From a virus (taxonomy: Duplodnaviria > Caudoviricetes), in the IMG/VR virus record IMGVR_UViG_3300032257_000079, positions 1 to 31,504 of that record: a stretch of DNA of 31,504 bases; one strand, written 5' to 3'. The notes beneath the pieces were generated by a model. It saw only the letters and a program-made list of their open reading frames with translations, searched no databases and was not told where the DNA came from. The translations under genes were made by a program, and so were the position numbers. The stretch's first letter is position 1. The number at the start of each line of letters is the position of its first letter. This document shows positions 1 through 7,331 of the stretch, in pieces.

Positions 1-86
1 GCCAGTACATTAACGTGGAAGCAGAATTTTCGATTGTCGAAGGCGAAATTAAAAAAGTGCTGATTTTGCGTCCGGCAACAGATTAA
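1..86 (+). CDS. 3' end of a hypothetical protein (partial), convergent with the leftward early operon
   Basis: Open frame from position 3 reading QYINVEAEFSIVEGEIKKVLILRPATD to TAA at 84-86; protein-like composition; AT-rich spacer follows. Confidence 0.55.
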   Translation, partial: QYINVEAEFSIVEGEIKKVLILRPATD

Positions 87-121
87 ATAATATTCCAATA
101 AATTAAATTGTTGAATAAACA

Positions 122-325
122 TCACGCCGCGTCCGGGTGGTGGGGTGGTGTGTGCGTCCGGGGGTCGTCGGTGACGCCCCAGCGTTTCAGAAACCGCCAA
201 GCCAAACCGCGATACGTGGCGGTGCTGGCAACACGTCCGGTGATGACATCCATCGCCAGCTTGCGATTATTGTCGACGGCGGTGATTTTGCATTGGCTGA
301 TAAACGGGTTGTTTTTTTGGGTCAT
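122..325 (-). CDS. Small hypothetical protein, first gene of the leftward early operon
   Basis: ATG at 325 preceded by GAGGA; lies just downstream of the PL-like promoter; ends in ...DAA like other early genes of this phage. Confidence 0.7.
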   Translation of the reverse strand: MTQKNNPFISQCKITAVDNNRKLAMDVITGRVASTATYRGLAWRFLKRWGVTDDPRTHTPPHHPDAA

Positions 326-354
326 TTCATCCTCGACATTGTTATTTGTCAAGG

Positions 355-409
355 ACGATAATTCAACTCTTGTGAACTTGTCAATTAAAATAATTCACAA
401 GAGTTGAAT
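355..409 (-). promoter_or_regulatory. PL-like promoter with two repressor operators
   Basis: Minus-strand TTGACA (384-379), 18 nt spacer, TATCGT (360-355); perfect 16-bp inverted pair ATTCAACTCTTGTGAA (361-376) / TTCACAAGAGTTGAAT (394-409), each TTCA-N7-TGAA and near identical to the operator at 1387-1401. Confidence 0.85.
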
Positions 410-502
410 AATAAGATTTTAAATTAATATTTTTTTTGTAATTTATGGATAATAAATACTGTAAAAAAACCATTATTTTTAAGGCTTAAAAGATTAAAAC
501 AA

Positions 503-907
503 TCAATAGTCTGGTGGTTTTGTGAAATTGTTTACCAGCCCGTTTTTGACAACTGCCTTCACAATTAAATCCTTTTGTTTTTTATCGGATATATGCTTGT
601 GATAATAATACCAATCTTCATAACGACCAGCCCGTTTGTCTTCTTCGCCTGCCAATCGATTCAGAAAATCACCCGTGGCTTCATCAAGAACATTTTTGAC
701 TTTTTTTCCTGTAAAAACCATCGCAATTCGTTTTCCGGATTCCGGGCCTTCATGAATTTTAAATCCGCAAATAATTGTTTCTTTATTGTCAACGATCCCG
801 CCGTGTTCTGTATCAAACAGAACCAAATATCTGCCATCTGGGACACTATCGAATTCAAGGCTTTCTTTGGGTTTTTTGTTTTTCTTGCGTTTAAAAAGAC
901 CAAACAT
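503..907 (-). CDS. AT-rich hypothetical protein downstream of the repressor (lysogeny-expressed cargo position)
   Basis: 134-aa ORF co-oriented with cI, between cI and PL; visibly more AT-rich than core genes. Confidence 0.75.
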   Translation of the reverse strand: MFGLFKRKKNKKPKESLEFDSVPDGRYLVLFDTEHGGIVDNKETIICGFKIHEGPESGKRIAMVFTGKKVKNVLDEATGDFLNRLAGEEDKRAGRYEDWYYYHKHISDKKQKDLIVKAVVKNGLVNNFTKPPDY

Positions 908-1046
908 GATTTCTCTTGTAAATTTGTGATTTTATTAAAGTTCTGATGTCCGGTTGTGTTTTTAAAGGTAATAAAAAATAAATTAAATTAAATGCATAGT
1001 AGTACCAGCAGTCAAATTTTTTTAGTTCGCCTGCCTATTGGCAGTA

Positions 1047-1334
1047 TTACGACGCGTCCTTGAGCGCTTTGCTGGCAATGCTGTAGGGCAACCCGGCGGG
1101 ATCACCTGCATAAATCCAATCAAGAGAAACGCCAAATTGGATTTTAAGACGTGTTGCTGCGGCTGGATCAATCATGGCCTTGCCGTGTTCCCATTGTGAA
1201 TAGGTGTTCGGTTGAACATTTATTGCTTCACAAACATCTTTAGATGATAAGCCTAGCGCAAGCCTAGCCGCTTTTAAACGTTGGCCCGCTTCTAAAATAA
1301 AATCAGGTGATCGGGAAAATTTTGGCATAAGCAT
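1047..1334 (-). CDS. XRE-family HTH phage repressor (CI-like), no peptidase domain
   Basis: RLKAARLALGLSSKDVCEAINVQPNTYSQWEHG...GVSLDWIYAG is a typical Cro/C1 HTH; divergent from a cro-like gene. Confidence 0.9.
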   Translation of the reverse strand: MLMPKFSRSPDFILEAGQRLKAARLALGLSSKDVCEAINVQPNTYSQWEHGKAMIDPAAATRLKIQFGVSLDWIYAGDPAGLPYSIASKALKDAS

Positions 1335-1337
1335 AAT

Positions 1338-1407
1338 TTCACATTTTAGATGAAATAAGTCATTTCATAAATTTATGTTGACAGACTTCACAAGAGATGA
1401 ATATTAT
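1338..1407. promoter_or_regulatory. PR/PRM-like divergent switch region with operators
   Basis: PR: TTGACA 1378-1383, 18 nt, TATTAT 1402-1407, with operator TTCACAAGAGATGAA (1387-1401) in the spacer; related site TTCACATTTTAGATGAA 1338-1354; palindrome CATAAATTTATG 1366-1377; minus-strand TTTATG-N17-TAAAAT could be PRM. Confidence 0.8.
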
Positions 1408-1414
1408 TTGCGCC

Positions 1415-1624
1415 ATGACAGTGAATGAACTCATCGATGAATTTGGTGGAACGACGGCAACAGCGCGGTTGTTTGGCGTGTTGCCCAGTGCGGTTTCAAA
1501 CTGGCGCAAGTTCGGATCATTTCCCGGAAGATTGCATTTCCGGATTTTACGTGAAGCCGAACAGCGCGGTATTAAAATCACTGATCAGATTTTTTCTGTG
1601 CGGTTTTCAGGTGAAGCCGCATGA
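1415..1624 (+). CDS. Cro-like HTH protein
   Basis: LIDEFGGTTATARLFGVLPSAVSNWRKFGSFP is a Cro-type HTH; first gene after PR; ATG 1415 chosen because 1397 lies inside the promoter. Confidence 0.88.
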   Translation: MTVNELIDEFGGTTATARLFGVLPSAVSNWRKFGSFPGRLHFRILREAEQRGIKITDQIFSVRFSGEAA

Positions 1625-1788
1625 TTATTTTGTTGAATATCACTGGTTTGATCATCCGCGCCATCGACCAAGGCATCGATCAGGTCACCCAGCGTGACCA
1701 GCAATGGTGCATGGCCGGAATGGCCAATAGCCAGTCTGCGAATTTCGGCGGCATGTTTTTTCAGTTGTTTTTTCAGATCGTTATTCAT
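1585..1788 (-). CDS. Small helical hypothetical protein antisense to the early operon
   Basis: ATG at 1788 with AAGGA about 10 nt upstream; MNNDLKKQLKKHAAEIRRLAIGHSGHAPLLVTLGDLIDALVDG looks amphipathic and protein-like. Confidence 0.5.
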   Translation of the reverse strand: MNNDLKKQLKKHAAEIRRLAIGHSGHAPLLVTLGDLIDALVDGADDQTSDIQQNNHAASPENRTEKI

Positions 1789-1869
1789 TTTCAGCACATC
1801 CTTGATCAGTTGTCGGGCGGATTTGGTCCGCACATCAACATTGCCCGTGCCGGGGGTGCAAAGCCATGA
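1621..1869 (+). CDS. 82-codon ORF coupled at both ends (possible bridging ORF)
   Basis: ATGA overlap with cro stop (1621-1624) and with next gene start (1866-1869); composition looks like an antisense shadow. Confidence 0.4.
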   Translation: MIILLNITGLIIRAIDQGIDQVTQRDQQWCMAGMANSQSANFGGMFFQLFFQIVIHFQHILDQLSGGFGPHINIARAGGAKP

Positions 1870-2417
1870 CCTTGACGGTCCATAAAATGTTTGAAGCGGC
1901 GGGTTTTGAAAACCCCATCGGGGAACGGTTGGCAAACTGGTTGCGCCCATATCAGGCCAAAGAATTGGCCCGCATGTTTGGGGTCGAGGCGCGTACGGCA
2001 AAAAACTGGCGCGGCGGGAAATACCCGCAAATGCGGCACCTGATTTTGATGGCCGAACGCTGGGGCGTGGCTTTTTTAGAAGACATATTTGAGCCGGTAT
2101 TATCCGAAACCGACATCAGTTTGTCGCGCCGTCTGGAACGCATCGAAGCCGACGCACGGCGGTTAAAACAGGAGATGGAAATTGAAGAAAATAATGGCGC
2201 GCATTTTGGCGCGGCTACACATCAATTGGGCCATGCGTCATCTGTCCGCAGCACGGTGGTGGCGCGGACGTTACGAAAAACCGGACTAATTTTATCATTC
2301 GTGGCCGTGATGGTTTCGATCACAGTTGTGCGCGATGACATGCGCCGGGTCCGTCCAGCCCCCAACGGTCGCACGGTGGCGGCACGGGTGATGCGCCCGG
2401 GGCGGGGTGATGCGTGA
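1866..2417 (+). CDS. HTH-containing protein in the CII position, with coiled coil and hydrophobic C-terminal segment
   Basis: AKELARMFGVEARTAKNWRGG HTH; LSRRLERIEADARRLKQE coil; GLILSFVAVMVSITVV hydrophobic stretch. Confidence 0.7.
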   Translation: MTLTVHKMFEAAGFENPIGERLANWLRPYQAKELARMFGVEARTAKNWRGGKYPQMRHLILMAERWGVAFLEDIFEPVLSETDISLSRRLERIEADARRLKQEMEIEENNGAHFGAATHQLGHASSVRSTVVARTLRKTGLILSFVAVMVSITVVRDDMRRVRPAPNGRTVAARVMRPGRGDA

Positions 2418-2686
2418 TGAATAAAATCAGTTTTTTAGAATCCAAACAACCCTCCCTGAAACAAACTGGTGCGCGGGCGGGTGGTGGTAAAATCCATTTC
2501 CAATCCGTGCACCACTTTTTTTTAAAAGTGTTTAGTTGGAAATTTTGGGATGAAATTGCACCGACACCAGACCGCGAATGGGATCGCTGTATCCCGGTTG
2601 CGATCATGTTGATCTGGTTATCGTTGGCATTAGGCGCGTCGGGGATTATGCACGTCGTGATTTATTTAACCGGTGACTTGCCATGA
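2414..2686 (+). CDS. Hypothetical membrane protein
   Basis: GTGA overlap with upstream gene; C-terminal hydrophobic segment IPVAIMLIWLSLALGASGIMHVVIYL. Confidence 0.6.
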   Translation: MMNKISFLESKQPSLKQTGARAGGGKIHFQSVHHFFLKVFSWKFWDEIAPTPDREWDRCIPVAIMLIWLSLALGASGIMHVVIYLTGDLP

Positions 2687-3123
2687 ATGAATTAAATTAC
2701 CAGCGCCGCCGTCCGTTAACGCGTCGCGATGCACAAATCATTCGTATCGAATGGGTCAAATCCATCGGCGATATTCCGCAACCGTTTGATGTGGGGTTTG
2801 GGTTTTATGCAGCCACCAATGCGGCGGGTAATTTTTTGGCATCCGAAATGTGCGAAGTTTTTGCCGCAGGTCCCAAAGAGGGATCGTTGATGCAAGACAT
2901 CATCCACGGCGGATGTATCAAGGCTTCAATGTTGCGGCAAATGGGGATGCCGTTCAAAGATATTTTAAAAAGCGTCGCCGGTGTCACGGTCGATAAATTC
3001 CCTAGCCCCGATCCGGCCACCACAAATGGCCCGCCGTTGTTTATTGGCGGCACACCCAACATCGCCATTTTGAAAACGGCGGCGATTGTTGAAATGGAAA
3101 GGTTAAATAATGAAACAAAATAA
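2683..3123 (+). CDS. Stand-alone TSCPD-like domain protein (resembles class II ribonucleotide reductase C-terminal domain)
   Basis: Pattern RRPLTRR...VGFGFY...EVFAAGPKEGSLMQDIIHGGCIKASMLRQMGMP resembles RxRLPxRR...EIF..xGKxGS...SxxLQxGxP of TSCPD proteins (recognised by eye). Confidence 0.6.
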   Translation: MNELNYQRRRPLTRRDAQIIRIEWVKSIGDIPQPFDVGFGFYAATNAAGNFLASEMCEVFAAGPKEGSLMQDIIHGGCIKASMLRQMGMPFKDILKSVAGVTVDKFPSPDPATTNGPPLFIGGTPNIAILKTAAIVEMERLNNETK

Positions 3124-3406
3124 TGAATTTTATCCAATGTCTGAAATTGAGCGGGCAAAAATGGTTGCTGTTGGAAAGCTTGATCCAGCGGCCATTGAAA
3201 TTGTTTGGCACGCGCTTGACGCGGCCAAGACCGGTGGCGTGATCAAAGACTGCCCGTTTACGGGCGGGGCGGCGGACCGCTGGCATGATTATTTTTCGGT
3301 GTTCAAAGCATCGGTGCAGACGCCGGCTGACGTGGTTCGGGTCCCGGCGCGGGACCGACAAGTTGCGCCCGCAAATTATTACTGGAACCGGGGATCGATG
3401 GCGTGA
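3110..3406 (+). CDS. Hypothetical protein
   Basis: 98-aa ORF overlapping both neighbours in the early operon, GGAAAGG upstream. Confidence 0.65.
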   Translation: MKQNNEFYPMSEIERAKMVAVGKLDPAAIEIVWHALDAAKTGGVIKDCPFTGGAADRWHDYFSVFKASVQTPADVVRVPARDRQVAPANYYWNRGSMA

Positions 3407-3588
3407 AAATCAGACACAAATATTATATTCCTAAATGGCGGGAATTTTTCTGGATCATTTTCATGTTGGCGGGCGGGGTAATGATCAATGCCGGTTGTTG
3501 GTTATCACGGATTGGTGGCCGGGTTTTTGGCTACGGCGTTGAAATTCGTTACGCTAAAGAATTCAAAAAAGTGCGGGGTTCAAAATAA
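3403..3588 (+). CDS. Small hypothetical membrane protein
   Basis: GTGA overlap upstream, TAATG overlap downstream; one hydrophobic segment. Confidence 0.55.
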   Translation: MKIRHKYYIPKWREFFWIIFMLAGGVMINAGCWLSRIGGRVFGYGVEIRYAKEFKKVRGSK

Positions 3589-3995
3589 TGAGCCAGTGTA
3601 TCACGGCCCACTTTTTAAACCTGCCGCTATTTTCGGTTGGCCAAGACCGCGCCATTATGACGGTTTGGTGTTCGGGGCGGTCGTTCCCGGCTGTGGTCGC
3701 GGAATTCCGAAATTTAGCCAAAGATTTCGAACGGCCGTTTGATGACGTGGCACGCCGGGTCAGTTTTTTAATCAGTCATGAAGCGTTTCAAATGGGACGA
3801 GTCGATCCAATTCAACGCGCACTTTACACGCTGGGAAAACGGGCCAGCCGGGCACCGACGACACCGGGCGGTTTTAATCTGGATGGAAAGTCCGTGCGCG
3901 CGATTGATGTCATTAATGCCGCCAACAAAATTTTGTTGATGATCGGTGAGGTGGAAATTGATTATCCATTAATAGAAATCAAAGGGGCGGCGTAA
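3588..3995 (+). CDS. Hypothetical phage protein
   Basis: Coupled ORF; C-terminal GFNLDGKSVRAIDVINAANKIL...IDYP motif reminiscent of alphaproteobacterial phage proteins. Confidence 0.7.
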   Translation: MSQCITAHFLNLPLFSVGQDRAIMTVWCSGRSFPAVVAEFRNLAKDFERPFDDVARRVSFLISHEAFQMGRVDPIQRALYTLGKRASRAPTTPGGFNLDGKSVRAIDVINAANKILLMIGEVEIDYPLIEIKGAA

Positions 3996-4415
3996 ATGAA
4001 AAATAATAAATTTTTGGGGATTGATCCGGCGGGGCTGCGGCTTTACCGGGTGATGGAAAAATCATCCAAGGCCGGGGAAGTATGCCCAACCACGCGCGAT
4101 TTGGTTGTTGCCGGAATTGGCGGGGATAATGCCAGAGTCAACCGGTTGTTTGGTGATTTGATTAAACGGGGGCTGATCACGGTCCGGTGCGTTGGTGGTC
4201 ACCAGCGCCGTATTGTCACCATCGTTGAAACCGGCCTGACGACCTCGGATAAGGTTGGCTGGGGCGCGCGCAAAAACGGCGACAACAGGAATTGCCTTAA
4301 ATGTCACCGGGATTTTATGTCAACGTGGATGGGAAACCGTATTTGCCCGGTCTGTCGGGATTCGTCGGAATGGCGTTCCGGTGATGACGGTGGCGATTAC
4401 CGGATGGTCGGATGA
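3996..4415 (+). CDS. Winged-helix protein with C-terminal zinc finger
   Basis: CPTTRDL...RVNRLFGDLIKRGLITV wHTH-like; CLKC-x13-CPVC (CLKCHRDFMSTWMGNRICPVC). Confidence 0.75.
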   Translation: MKNNKFLGIDPAGLRLYRVMEKSSKAGEVCPTTRDLVVAGIGGDNARVNRLFGDLIKRGLITVRCVGGHQRRIVTIVETGLTTSDKVGWGARKNGDNRNCLKCHRDFMSTWMGNRICPVCRDSSEWRSGDDGGDYRMVG

Positions 4416-4423
4416 TGGAAAAA

Positions 4424-4852
4424 TCAAGCCGCCTTATCTTCGACCACCAGCGTGCGACCCAAAATTTTAAGGGCGGTTTCAACCTGTCCGATGTGCGATC
4501 GATGATCCGGGTTACACAATTTGCGCACGGCGCTTTCCGAAATATCAAGCCGCGCCGCCAAGGCAACTTTGGTGATTTTTTGTGTCCGCATGGCGGAATA
4601 AAGCGCCAGTTTCGCGGCGACCACCGGTGGCAAGGGAACAAGCACCTGATTTTTGGTGGCGGTGCCGGGGGACGGGATATCACGTTTTTCATGGACGTAC
4701 CCGGCCAAGGCAACGGCCAGCGCGTCTTCGGCCAATTCAAGGCATTTGTCCATTGTTTGGCCGCCGGTCAAGGCTTCGGGCACATCATTAAATGTGACAA
4801 AAAACCCGCCGTCATTTTCCGGGGTGATGGTGCAGGGGTAAAGATAGCGCAT
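4424..4852 (-). CDS. hicB: HicB family antitoxin with C-terminal HTH
   Basis: YPCTITPENDGGFFVTFNDVPEALTGGQT..E.LELAEDAL and AKLALYSAMRTQKITKVALAARLDISESAVRKLCNPDH match E. coli-type HicB. Confidence 0.93.
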   Translation of the reverse strand: MRYLYPCTITPENDGGFFVTFNDVPEALTGGQTMDKCLELAEDALAVALAGYVHEKRDIPSPGTATKNQVLVPLPPVVAAKLALYSAMRTQKITKVALAARLDISESAVRKLCNPDHRSHIGQVETALKILGRTLVVEDKAA

Positions 4853-4855
4853 TTT

Positions 4856-5062
4856 TTAAAACTCCGATTTTTTAATATCAAGCTGTTTCAACATGGCGTT
4901 CAAAAGTCCTGTTCCGATTTCATGGTCGACCACGGTGGTAAATTTATCACCGTAATAAACGCGGCCATGGCTGCCTTTGCCCGTTTTGCTGTCAACGCGG
5001 ACGGCCATCCCGGTTTTTTTCGAAAGGCGTTTCAAACGCTTGATGAATTGTTGTCTGTTCAT
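4856..5062 (-). CDS. hicA: HicA family mRNA interferase toxin
   Basis: 68 aa, basic, GKGSH catalytic motif, EIGTGLLNAMLKQLDI C-terminus; directly upstream of hicB. Confidence 0.92.
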   Translation of the reverse strand: MNRQQFIKRLKRLSKKTGMAVRVDSKTGKGSHGRVYYGDKFTTVVDHEIGTGLLNAMLKQLDIKKSEF

Positions 5063-5068
5063 GCAATT

Positions 5069-5122
5069 ATAATCGCACTTAAAGGTGCGTTTGTCAATAT
5101 AAAAAACGCACTAAAAGGTGCG
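5069..5122 (-). promoter_or_regulatory. hicAB promoter with two palindromic HicB operators
   Basis: CGCAC-TTAAAG-GTGCG (5074-5089) and CGCAC-TAAAAG-GTGCG (5107-5122) flank minus-strand TTGACA (5097-5092); AT-rich -10 region around 5066-5074. Confidence 0.8.
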
Positions 5123-5148
5123 AAAATTAATCATAAAATGGTGGCGGC

Positions 5149-6177
5149 ATGAGTATTCAAATTATTCAAGGTGATGTTTGTGAACGGTTGGCTGATTTGC
5201 CTGAAAATTCTGTTGATTGCGTGGTCACAAGTCCGCCGTATTGGGGGCTTCGTGATTACGGTGTTGACGGGCAGATCGGGCTAGAACCGACATTGTCTGA
5301 ACACATTGAAAAAATGGTTAACGTTTTTCGTGATGTCCGCCGGGTGATGAAGCCATCGGCGACGTTGTGGCTGAACTACGGTGATTGTTACGCCACCAGC
5401 CCCAACGGGCGAAGTGCTGCGGCCACAAAAGCCGCGGGCGGTGATGATCGAACGTTCCGGGATAAACCGTTTTCAACAATTCAAGGTGTTCTCAAGGCAA
5501 AAGATTTATGCATGGTGCCAAACCGTTTGGCGATTGCGTTACAGGAAGACGGTTGGTGGGTCAGGTCTGAAATTATCTGGGCCAAACCCAATCCGATGCC
5601 GGAAAGTATTACAGATCGTCCGGCGACAGCGCATGAGAAAATATTTTTGTTATCAAAATCAGCTAAATATTTTTATGACGCCGAAGCCGTACGTGAAAAA
5701 TCAAGCAGTTGTCCTGATAATTGGAAAAATCCCGACGGTTGGGATACGGATCCCGGCAGTCATGGGAACATCCATCGATTAGGTAGATCAAAAGGGAAGC
5801 CCGCAAAAGAAAAAAAGAAACGTGGGTCAGGCCGTCCCCATGCCGGATTTGATGCCCGTTGGGACAACATGAGCCGCAAAGAACAACAGGAGAATGGGCG
5901 AAATTGCCGGAATGTCTGGACTATTGCGACCAAGCCGTTTTCAGCGGCGCATTTTGCGACTTTCCCTCCAGAATTGGCGGCGAGGTGCATCAAGGCCGGG
6001 TGCCCGGTTGGTGGGGTGGTGCTTAATCCGTTTGGTGGGGCCGGGACAACGGGATTGGTTGCCGATCAGTTACAACGTGACGCGATTTTGATCGAACTCA
6101 ACCCGGAATATGTTGAAATCGCCCAGCGCCGCATTGCCGAAAATGCCGGGATGTTTTCGGCTGTGGAGGTGGCATGA
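5149..6177 (+). CDS. Orphan DNA methyltransferase (N4-C/N6-A, beta class)
   Basis: VTSPPYW motif IV near N-terminus, HFATFPPEL and PFGGAGTTG motif I near C-terminus. Confidence 0.93.
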   Translation: MSIQIIQGDVCERLADLPENSVDCVVTSPPYWGLRDYGVDGQIGLEPTLSEHIEKMVNVFRDVRRVMKPSATLWLNYGDCYATSPNGRSAAATKAAGGDDRTFRDKPFSTIQGVLKAKDLCMVPNRLAIALQEDGWWVRSEIIWAKPNPMPESITDRPATAHEKIFLLSKSAKYFYDAEAVREKSSSCPDNWKNPDGWDTDPGSHGNIHRLGRSKGKPAKEKKKRGSGRPHAGFDARWDNMSRKEQQENGRNCRNVWTIATKPFSAAHFATFPPELAARCIKAGCPVGGVVLNPFGGAGTTGLVADQLQRDAILIELNPEYVEIAQRRIAENAGMFSAVEVA

Positions 6178-7331
6178 TGGTCGGAAAAATTCCGGAACAA
6201 GTCATATCTGAAATTATCAAACGAACGGATTTGGTGGCCGTGGCGTCGCGGGTGGCTGGATTAAAATTCCGGGAACGCCGGCGCGGAGATTTTTGGGCTT
6301 GTTGCCCGTTCCATGCGGAAAAAACACCCAGTTTTCACATTGAACAACGCAAAGGCACATACCACTGTTTCGGCTGTTCTGCCGGTGGGTCGGCGTTCCA
6401 GTTTTTAATGTCGATCGATAATATTTCATTCAAAGAAGCGGCCATTGAACTGGCAGCCTTGGCCGGGATCGAAATCGAAGGCGAAACATCAAAACCACGC
6501 CGTAAACCACAGCCGATGGTCGTTGACCAAAAAGCCGTGGTTGCCAGCGAGGCGGCATCGGCGGAAGCCGCCCGGCGTAAAGCTTTCGACAAATGGTGGC
6601 GGCCACGCAAACCATTTGCTGGATCACTTGCTGAAACATATCTGGTTAACGTGCGGGGGATCGCCGGGGATGTAGCGCGGTCGTTCAAAAATTTAGGTTA
6701 TCTGGATGATGCGCCATTTTACGCGCAATTGTCGCGTGGTCGGTTTGATGTGGTTAACCGCGGCCCGGCCATGGTGGCGGGTTTGCAATATGCCGATGGA
6801 CGGTTTGCCGGTGTGCACGTCACGTTTTTAAAGGCGGATGGTTCAGGGAAATTGGAATTACATGATCCCATGAATGCGGGTAAAAAACTGCCCGCGAAAA
6901 AAGTTCAAGGTCGTCCGTGGGGATCGGCAATCCGGTTAACCGATACGGCACCGCGCATGGTGGCGGGCGAAGGCATCGAAACCACTGCCGCTGTTATTGA
7001 CGCCACCGGGTATGCCGGATGGGTGGCTTATTCATTGGGTAATTTGGTTGGTGCCGCCAATGGCAAAGGCGCGCGGCATCCGGAAAATGGACGAACGCGT
7101 TTGCCGTCAACCACGCCTGATATGGGGCGTCACGGATTTTTACCACCTAAACAATGCGAACACCTGACTTTGTTAGGCGACGGCGACACCAAAGACGTGT
7201 GGATGTTGCGGGCGTTGCTGAAACGGGGTTGCCTGCGGTTTCAAATGTTGGGTGTCAAAACCGATTACAGTATGTCCGATTCAGGGCGTGATTTTAATGA
7301 CTATTTGATGAAGGAACAAGCCCATGGATGA
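6174..7331 (+). CDS. Primase: CHC2 zinc finger plus Toprim domain
   Basis: CPFHAEKTPSF...YHCFGC zinc finger; GEGIET, LLGDGD and DFND Toprim motifs. Confidence 0.9.
   Translation: MMVGKIPEQVISEIIKRTDLVAVASRVAGLKFRERRRGDFWACCPFHAEKTPSFHIEQRKGTYHCFGCSAGGSAFQFLMSIDNISFKEAAIELAALAGIEIEGETSKPRRKPQPMVVDQKAVVASEAASAEAARRKAFDKWWRPRKPFAGSLAETYLVNVRGIAGDVARSFKNLGYLDDAPFYAQLSRGRFDVVNRGPAMVAGLQYADGRFAGVHVTFLKADGSGKLELHDPMNAGKKLPAKKVQGRPWGSAIRLTDTAPRMVAGEGIETTAAVIDATGYAGWVAYSLGNLVGAANGKGARHPENGRTRLPSTTPDMGRHGFLPPKQCEHLTLLGDGDTKDVWMLRALLKRGCLRFQMLGVKTDYSMSDSGRDFNDYLMKEQAHG

Larger units (their letters stand above)
4412..5152 (+). other. 246-codon open frame antisense to the whole hicAB operon, ATGA-coupled at both ends (possible bridging ORF)
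   Basis: ATG 4412 overlaps stop of upstream gene; TGA 5150-5152 overlaps ATG 5149 of the MTase; in codon register with hicA and hicB. Confidence 0.45.

Noticed and set aside
108-407. + ORFs 108-407 and 137-361
   Set aside because: Antisense to a gene with promoter and RBS; one runs through the operators; no RBS
575-946. 123-codon + ORF antisense to the 503-907 gene
   Set aside because: In-register shadow with no coupling to any neighbour and no + operon here; it shows that such frames can be fairly long by chance, so it is a caveat to, not a case of, the bridging pattern
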